A stretch of DNA of 64,000 nt, taken from contig JBNGIO010006273.1 of the NCBI GenBank assembly GCA_049999805.1, positions 53,637 to 117,636 on the forward strand, in the 5' to 3' direction. Position 1 is the stretch's first letter; every line of letters begins with the position of its first letter. The stretch comes from Folioceros fuciformis. Lineage: Eukaryota. The translations under genes were made by a program, and so were the position numbers. The notes under the pieces were generated by a model. It searched no databases, had not been told where the DNA came from, and was given only the letters and a program-made list of their open reading frames with translations. Positions 47,725-64,000 of this stretch are shown here, in pieces.

Positions 47725-50700
47725 TCAGGCTGCATGATGCTCATGTTTACTACCGGATAGGAGGCCAAGACCTAGACCTAACGGTATAGAACCAGTTAGT
47801 CCATGGTTGTGATTACAACCCACCGAATGTACATGTGTTTTACATGAGGCTGAGGGCTGAGGCTGGGTAGTGACAGGAGGGATGTGGGAACCATTTAGCT
47901 CAGTCATTTCTTTAGGAACGGCTTGCCAGGGCAATTCTTCATCTTCATTGTAGCCTTTCAATGCAAAGTCACCACAATTCTTCATACAGCCATGGTCATA
48001 AGGGTTGTAAAACTGCCCGTCTCCACCCTTCAGATAGTTGTACCGACTTGCGTTTGCCATTTCATTCGTAGTAATATTCCGTCCGATCTACAGCTCATAA
48101 ATGTGATCCATCAGACCTATCCCGCGTCTTTTTTGATACAAACTGAAGCCCTGTAACCAAGATAGAGCACTTACTTGAACTGCTTGAATTCCAGTTAAAG
48201 TTGCTACTCCGAAAAGAACAAAGATGTCGGGTATCAAAAAAGTCATCGCCCCAACATGGTAAGTCCACACGTGCTTTAACCAGGCCCCGCGGGATGACGG
48301 TGCTGCAGGATCTGTCCAAAGCCCTGCAATCACACCCATCTTAAGCTACTAGTACCTGTGTACACAAGAGGGTGAGAAACATAGCAAGTAAGGTGAACGT
48401 ATGACAAACATACAATAGATTGTAACACCACCCGCCAGTATCATTGCTGCTGTCTCAACACAAAGAAAGGCAAAGAAATCCCACTTGTTCGCCTGAATTG
48501 TCACATACAGGCACCGAGTAAGAATTTCTGGGAATTGGCAGGATAGCAGAGACATCGGTAGACAGAAGATTCTCACCTTGCCAACGCAGTTGGAAATCCA
48601 GGGGCAATGATGATCAAACTGCTCAACACATCTATTGCAGGATGCACAGTGCTTTGACCTAAGTGGTCTAACTATCTGCAGGAAGCAATCCAAGTGTAAA
48701 ATGATGATGAAAAGACTAGAAGTGTTGAAATCATTCTAATCCCAAGAACAAAAACTTTCCTCCAACCCACCTTACACGTGGGGCATAACTGAGACCAATA
48801 ACCTGCCCATAGCGCTGGACTACTTAAATCGCCCTTGAAAAGGCTTTCCTGCTGACAAGGCAGAACATACAATTTCACAAAGTCACACAACGAACATACT
48901 TGTGACACTTGTGTCTGTCTATCCAGCTTTCTGCTCAGGCACCTTGATGACAACTGTACGTAGCGCATGAACAGCTAGTTCAACTGATGCATGGCCCACC
49001 TCAGCTGATTTATGGTCTGATGAGAATCCCCGAAGAGTTGTTACATAACCAGGATCCTTACTGGATAGCAAAATTTTTGGTCAGCCACGGCCAATTCCTA
49101 TGGCGTGATGGAAATGAAAGAGAAAAAGAAAGTACACGAAACAACATAAGCATTGGGTTTAGACCTGCTGCATCGATACAATAGAAGCAAACCACCTGTT
49201 GCCAGGAAAACCGCAATCCAAGCCCAAATTGCAATGCCAACCCTTACTCTCAACATACCAGGTGCTGCAAAATAAGAATGTAGGTCACTGACTGCCCTCA
49301 AATATCAAGAACATCAACTACGAACATTCACCATTACTTTAAAGGCAACAAATTCTTACTCACAGCTTAGGATAACTGAGTTGATGTACGTAATCACCAG
49401 GGCCACAATAAACGCCCAGAGGACAGGTGCAAGCCCCATCTTGGTGAGCCTCCCCATATACCCTTTCCCATCCCACCTCCGGTTGAATATCATCCGTGCA
49501 TTAGACTGCACACACGAACAAGACTGAGCATATGGGAGCTCTCAAAACCAAGGGCTATCTGTTTATTCCTCAACATCACACCTAAAGAGGATCAGAACTA
49601 TAACTAGTGCGCACATTTCGTGTTCTCCAACAACGCAACAGTAGTGAGGCCTCACATTGTCAAACCAAGACCATGGAGGGGCAAGTACGTCGAGTGTGAA
49701 CTTACCAAAAAAAGGGCAACATGTCGGTGGCCCTTATCAGAAGCAAGCTGAGCGGGAGTGCATCCCGATGAATCAGTCATCTCCAAATCCTCCTTAGTTC
49801 CAGCTTGGACAAGAACTGTACAAGCTTCTAAATTTCCCCTGATTGATGCCCAATGTAAAGGTGTGCATCCTGCAAGCGAACACAGCACTTCTCATCAACC
49901 AAACCGAACAACAAGTACACACAAGAACATCTCGCACTCAAGTGGGTATGCAAACACCAACCTTCCTTATCCTGTCTGGCCAAATACGCATCCATAAACA
50001 GCAACAACCTGATGCAGTCGGCAAAACCTTTGTATGCAGCCCTGCCCTTGATCAACACAGCAACGCTTCAGCTTGTTGGACTTACAATGTACACAGCTGC
50101 GAAACTATCTTCACAGTGAAGCATAACGCTTTGACAGTTCTCACCAATGCAGTGGACTTCGACCATCATTATCAATGGCATCGACCTCTGCATTCCATTT
50201 ACTGGCAATGTAATACAGAAGGGCAGTATGCCCATACTGGGCAGCAACATGGGCAGTCTGGAAGAGGCGGCGGCAACTGTAGTCAGCCAACGTTTTGATA
50301 TTCTTTCTCTGAAGGCTCAGCAAACAATCGTTGGAGACCTATCATGAAACGGTTTGCGAATGTGACTAACCCGATACCCGTGAGAATCTGCGGCCTCAAT
50401 ATTGGCGCCATTTTTAAGCAACAATTCTGCCACCTGTATCGAACCTCGTACAGCAGTCCAATGAAGAGCAGTTTGCCCAGTGAAATCAGCAGCATTCACA
50501 TCCGCCCCATGCTGTGCACAGCCAAGACTAATGGTTAGACATACTGCAGGATCACAGATGAGATCATTCAGGCAACATATCTCATCTAGCCAACAGAGGA
50601 AACTAAGTACACCTGAATCAGATAGTGTGCTGCAGCCGACCGATTGTTGAGGGCACTCCACTGCAAAGCATAATATCCACCTCCATCAGGTGTGTCCACT

Positions 50701-50882
50701 GAACAGCCCTTCTCCTCCACCAACCTTTGCAGCTTTTCCAGATCTCCATAGGCAGCTGCAGTGTACACATCTTCTCTTTGCGACTCCACCTCCTCCGAAT
50801 TGTCCAACACCTGCCCGTTAGCTGCCTCAACGCCATTTCTAACATCATCGGTCTCCACTTCAATTTCTATCTCCGATCCCAT
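47725..50882 (-). CDS. TIP1: Ankyrin-repeat DHHC protein S-acyltransferase (TIP1/PAT23-24-like), multi-exon
   Basis: MGSEIEIEV start, [14 protein letters not shown], ankyrin repeats ([25 protein letters not shown]), [31 protein letters not shown], and C-terminal NPYDHGC...IPLGLGLGL. Confidence 0.93.
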
Positions 50883-53375
50883 GACTACCCCCTGTACCCT
50901 CACAGGGGCTTACACTGAAACTGTTGCTGTATGTTAGTCAGGAGTTTCCCACAGTTGAGCACGAGGCGATCCATCTACCACACAGACAACCACTGATATC
51001 GCATAGCTGTAGCACCCTGCAAAACCATTCTCTCCTAATTTCACCTAGCCCGATCACAAAATGCAAGTAGTTCCTTGCACATCATCCCCTAACGCTAAAT
51101 CAAACCAGCAAGGAGCTGAGCGAGGCCGCCGCCGCTCGCGCACTGAAATCCGAAGCAGGACCAGCACCCACTGCCTGCATACACACCAATCCTCTGCCTC
51201 CTACGAATTGGAGGCGGAGCCGGTAACTGAGCGATGGCCGCGCGCCAAGCTCTGGCACGGGCGGACCCTTCCCTGCTCGGTCCGCCTCCCCGCGTAGGAA
51301 ATCCAGCAAGTGGAGCAGAAATGCCGGGTCGACGTCACACGGCAAGCAATTCCTTCGCCGACGGGAAAAACACGGATTGTCCGATGCGTCATAGTGAAGG
51401 TTTGACAGGCAATTTTACCTACCTATACAGCTTTACCTCTACATTTCTCATACTGAATCCAGGTAATGTACGTGGTCAGTGACAGAATTAATATGATCTC
51501 CAAGTGAGCGACCCTAGAAAGGAAACCTTCTAGTGAAGTCCAGTAAACGCTGCAAATGCCTGCGATTCGTTGCAGCAGCTTCGAGGAAGAAGACGGAGGA
51601 TAGACTGCATCGCTACGCTGAGCTGAGCATTGCATAGTCAGGATTAGAAGTGTCTGGACCGGGAGAACGAATCCCAGAAGCCGGAAGGGCTTACTGGAAG
51701 GGCATCAAGACAGCGCATTAATCCTTATAACACTGAGACAGGCAGGTCAGAACTAGTGCCGTTTTCCAATTAGACTACAGAGTGGAAACCAGCCGATAAA
51801 TAGAATACAGTAGGGAGTGGAAGCCGACTGGAGAAAAATTCCGACAGAGCAGCGTCCAAGAGCCTAAACCCCACGCGGGATGGCGGGGCACACATGTGAG
51901 CTGCCAGTGCACGAAGAGCTGGTGCCGCTGCCTACGACTGTTCTCTATGCCTCCACAATGGCAGCAATCGAATCACTCAAAAGGGGGACGGATCGTTTGA
52001 CGAGGATTGATGTACAGGGCTCGGTCCTGTTATCCCGCGCATATTGAGCCGATATGGTTCGTGTAAGGGCATCGGGGCGTGACGACGTCCAACAAACCGG
52101 ACGGCGACCTAATCACACCCAAGGTGTGCTATGGTTTCTGTACCTCTCTGTTTGACATGAAGCTGAAAGGGTTGTCTGTTCAGTAACTTTGCTAAATCAG
52201 TTGATGAGATACATTTCTTCTCACACTGTACATGGCCGTACTGTCATTCAGATCGACGCTCTGTACAGTCCACTGGCGAGTCGAGTCGAGGCGAGGCGAA
52301 CCACAGTTTGCATGTCGGCTTGTTCATGTAAAGTACCAAGCTTGACCTGCCATGACCGTCCGTACAGATAGGTGGATGCCCTCTTTGTCTTGCTTCAGGG
52401 ACAGAAGGCCAGGTTTACACGACGTTACCCAATTCTCCAATTCCCTGTCACACGCCGGCGGGTAGGACTGATTTTGGTGCCCTGTCAATTTTGGGAAAAG
52501 CACTGCGAAAGGCACGTGTACTGAACCATAGGCATTGACGATGCTTGGAGTGCAAGAAATCTGAAGCGATTGCTCTTGTTCTGTTCTTCCGTGTGTGGAA
52601 GTCAAGCAGTTTGTACGGACCTTAAGAGGAATCGGGAGAGCCTACCTACTAGTCTGGACTTCCGTCTTCTAGCCTTAATCTTTCTACGGAATCTGGTAGT
52701 AAGGAGGACAGAGAGCGCTTTATTCTTGTAAATTATTCCCGAACGAACTGGACTGTCTATCCCGATAGATTGGTCCAATGGATCATAGAATTGGGTCAGA
52801 ACACTCTTGCTGGAACCACTTCTGTTGTGACGACACATTTTCACGTCGATCATTCACAGATGTCGCTTTGATTCCGCTACCTATTTCTGTTGAGCTTCCG
52901 GCTAGCTTCTAGGCTCGGCAGAAGACTTGAGGCCTACGTCTGGGTCGTTGGGACGAGTCTCTTCACAGTTCTGCTCTTGAAATTTGGGATATATGGTTCC
53001 ATGCTGTACATGTAGCCACACAGTTGCTTTAACTCTTGAGTTCTCTGCTTCCATCGGGGAATTTTTGTGAATTATCGACAATCCAACTGACGGCAGTGAG
53101 TACTCGTTCATCCAGTACAGAGCTCGCATGCAGTGGAGAGTGCAGCACTGTGAAAGAAACGCATAGCATTGCCGCCACCTTGGTATGTTTTTTTGTGAGT
53201 AATGAATTCTTTCATCACAGTCTTTGAATCTCCGCCTCCGGAAACATCGTGCGATGTTCCTACGCACTTCTTTTCATGTTCTGAGAGTTGTTGCTTGCCA
53301 GTGCTGGTGCAGCAGGGAAGTGAGAAATTTTCAAATTTCATCGCTCGAAAGCTGGAAGACCTGCTATAACAAAGA

Positions 53376-58856
<5,481 letters not shown>

Positions 58857-59949
58857 GATAATTCTCTCCAGTGCAGAATTAATGTTACGGCAGGACGGGA
58901 CTTCGTACTATCTGCGTGGTTAGGCGCCTGATGGCTAACCTCGGCCTTGGGTAGAGATTTAGGATTCCCGTCCTTCACCGAGAAAATGTTTTGGATCCCC
59001 ATTACGTTAGGAAGCGAGATCTCTGGAAGTCAAAACTGCTAGGAACTGTGACGAGGAATATCCTACCTCACTGGTCAGTAAGAAGCTTCACCGGCGCCAC
59101 AAAGTTTCATAATTCGATGTAGCAGAGTATGTTCATAATTGGTCGGCCTAGGCGATCTACAGATTCTACTCCTGCTCCTTCGTAGTAGAATTGTGTGGTT
59201 CAAAACGTCTCTGGGACCCCAAGCTTTTTGAGAGTGCGGTGAGAGGCTTATCTCACCGAGATCTAGGGGTTCAATACAAGATCCAGGGACCTCAAATTCT
59301 GCATCGTGCAGGGCAGGGATATACTACAAAGTGCCAGCCAGCTCTGCTTGCATGGAAACTCGTATTGACAGGCTGTGATTTATCCTGTAGGCGACACTCC
59401 TTGACCCCCACGCAAAGATATGAACCATCTTCCTTTTGTTGGTTTCCGGGCATAACAAGAGTGGCACACTTGTTTGGCTGCATGCACAGGTGCAGAGAGA
59501 CGGTCCACGCTCCTGACAGTTTTATGAAAATCCACAACGTTAAGACAAGCGTTCGCCGCCCGTATGGCCTCCTTGTCGTATGCCTTGTCGTATGCGATTC
59601 CTCCAGTACAGAAGGGAACGCACTGGCCAAGGCACATACATGGACAGTGACAGACAACGCTTGCAGTACAAGAAATCTTGTCGATCAAATCCTCACCTAC
59701 GCCATGTACAGTTCTGCCAATGCCTCGAAATCAAACAACCTGAAGGGAGCTGAGTCTCTTCTAAGAACGCACAACTCTGTGGGAACATTTCCTAGACACA
59801 TTCCTTTGTTTGTAACCTGCTCTCCTACAGGTTGGCATTTTTTCTCGCGCAATCAGGACTCTATGGAAGTCACAAGCCACACTGTCCACGTGATGCAACG
59901 CTTGTGTGCGTGGTTGAAATGCTGTTGTCGTAACGCATCGAACCTTAAC

Positions 59950-60007
59950 GAAATGTAACTCGAAATGTAACTCGAAATGTGGCTCGAAATGTAACTCGAA
60001 ATGTAAC
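59950..60007. repeat. 12-bp tandem repeat GAAATGTAACTC, about 5 copies
   Basis: Directly visible, bracketed by two copies of CATCGAACCTTAACG. Confidence 0.85.
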
Positions 60008-60539
60008 ATTTTTGTCATCGAACCTTAACGTATTTCAGTCCCCGATTCTTCTGTCAATTTTCGGTTGATTTTGGCCTTCCCAATGTTGCGTTGGAGCCGA
60101 AGGTCCCCCTCTCTTCTCCAATTCATATATACTATAGATCTCAGGCCTGTACATGACGGATTGAACCTCTCCGCTCATGCTGCGCTCACCGTTAAACGAG
60201 TCGCAGCTTGTGTTGTGATTGTGAACGACAAGATGAACAATTTTTCCAGGAGACGAATTTCGTACCACCTTTGCTAAGCATTTGATTCATCTCAGAATCA
60301 AAGTATAGAGCTCATGTATCGACGAGCGCACCACTGTAAGAAATTGCATTGTATTGGCGTGACGCTGCGATCTGTTGTTCTGCGCGCGTCGGTTTTGGTT
60401 TCCGAGCAGTTGTTTGTTGCATGCTTTATGAATTGGTGCAAATGCAAATACTGTACACTGGTAGTCGTCTGTGCAGTTGACGTTCTAAAGAATCCAAGAG
60501 TAACGCTCAGCAGTGGCCACAGATCCGTCCGCCTCGTAG

Positions 60540-64000
<3,461 letters not shown>

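Noticed and set aside
59191-59958. 255-aa ORF between the ABCC copies
   Set aside because: Non-ATG start, no recognisable motifs, composition not protein-like.

Overview
Eukaryotic, intron-containing DNA, most plausibly from a land plant (class III peroxidase, PPR remnant, ABCC/MRP, tRNA-Met-primed Copia elements); short introns and tight gene packing suggest a non-seed plant, but this is inference. Bases 1-39,000 are mostly nested transposable elements with assembly gaps, plus one intact class III peroxidase gene. Bases 39,800-64,000 are gene-dense: a small membrane protein, condensin I subunit CAP-D2, an ankyrin-DHHC S-acyltransferase, an ABCC transporter and its decayed tandem paralog. Main candidate for a new system: removing a TG...CA insertion with a 5-bp target-site duplication (2086-5747) rejoins, in frame, a prokaryote-like beta-class DNA amino-methyltransferase (N4C/N6A) gene. 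It lies back-to-back with a DGMDQ/GHTH-type putative transposase, and a recurring CCGG hairpin motif lies between the two genes and downstream of the methyltransferase. Other unusual features: three divergent Copia elements each carry an extra 'MPRR...' coiled-coil ORF between PBS and gag, and two large solo-LTR-like units each contain a coiled-coil gene. Everything was read by eye; no database searches were run.
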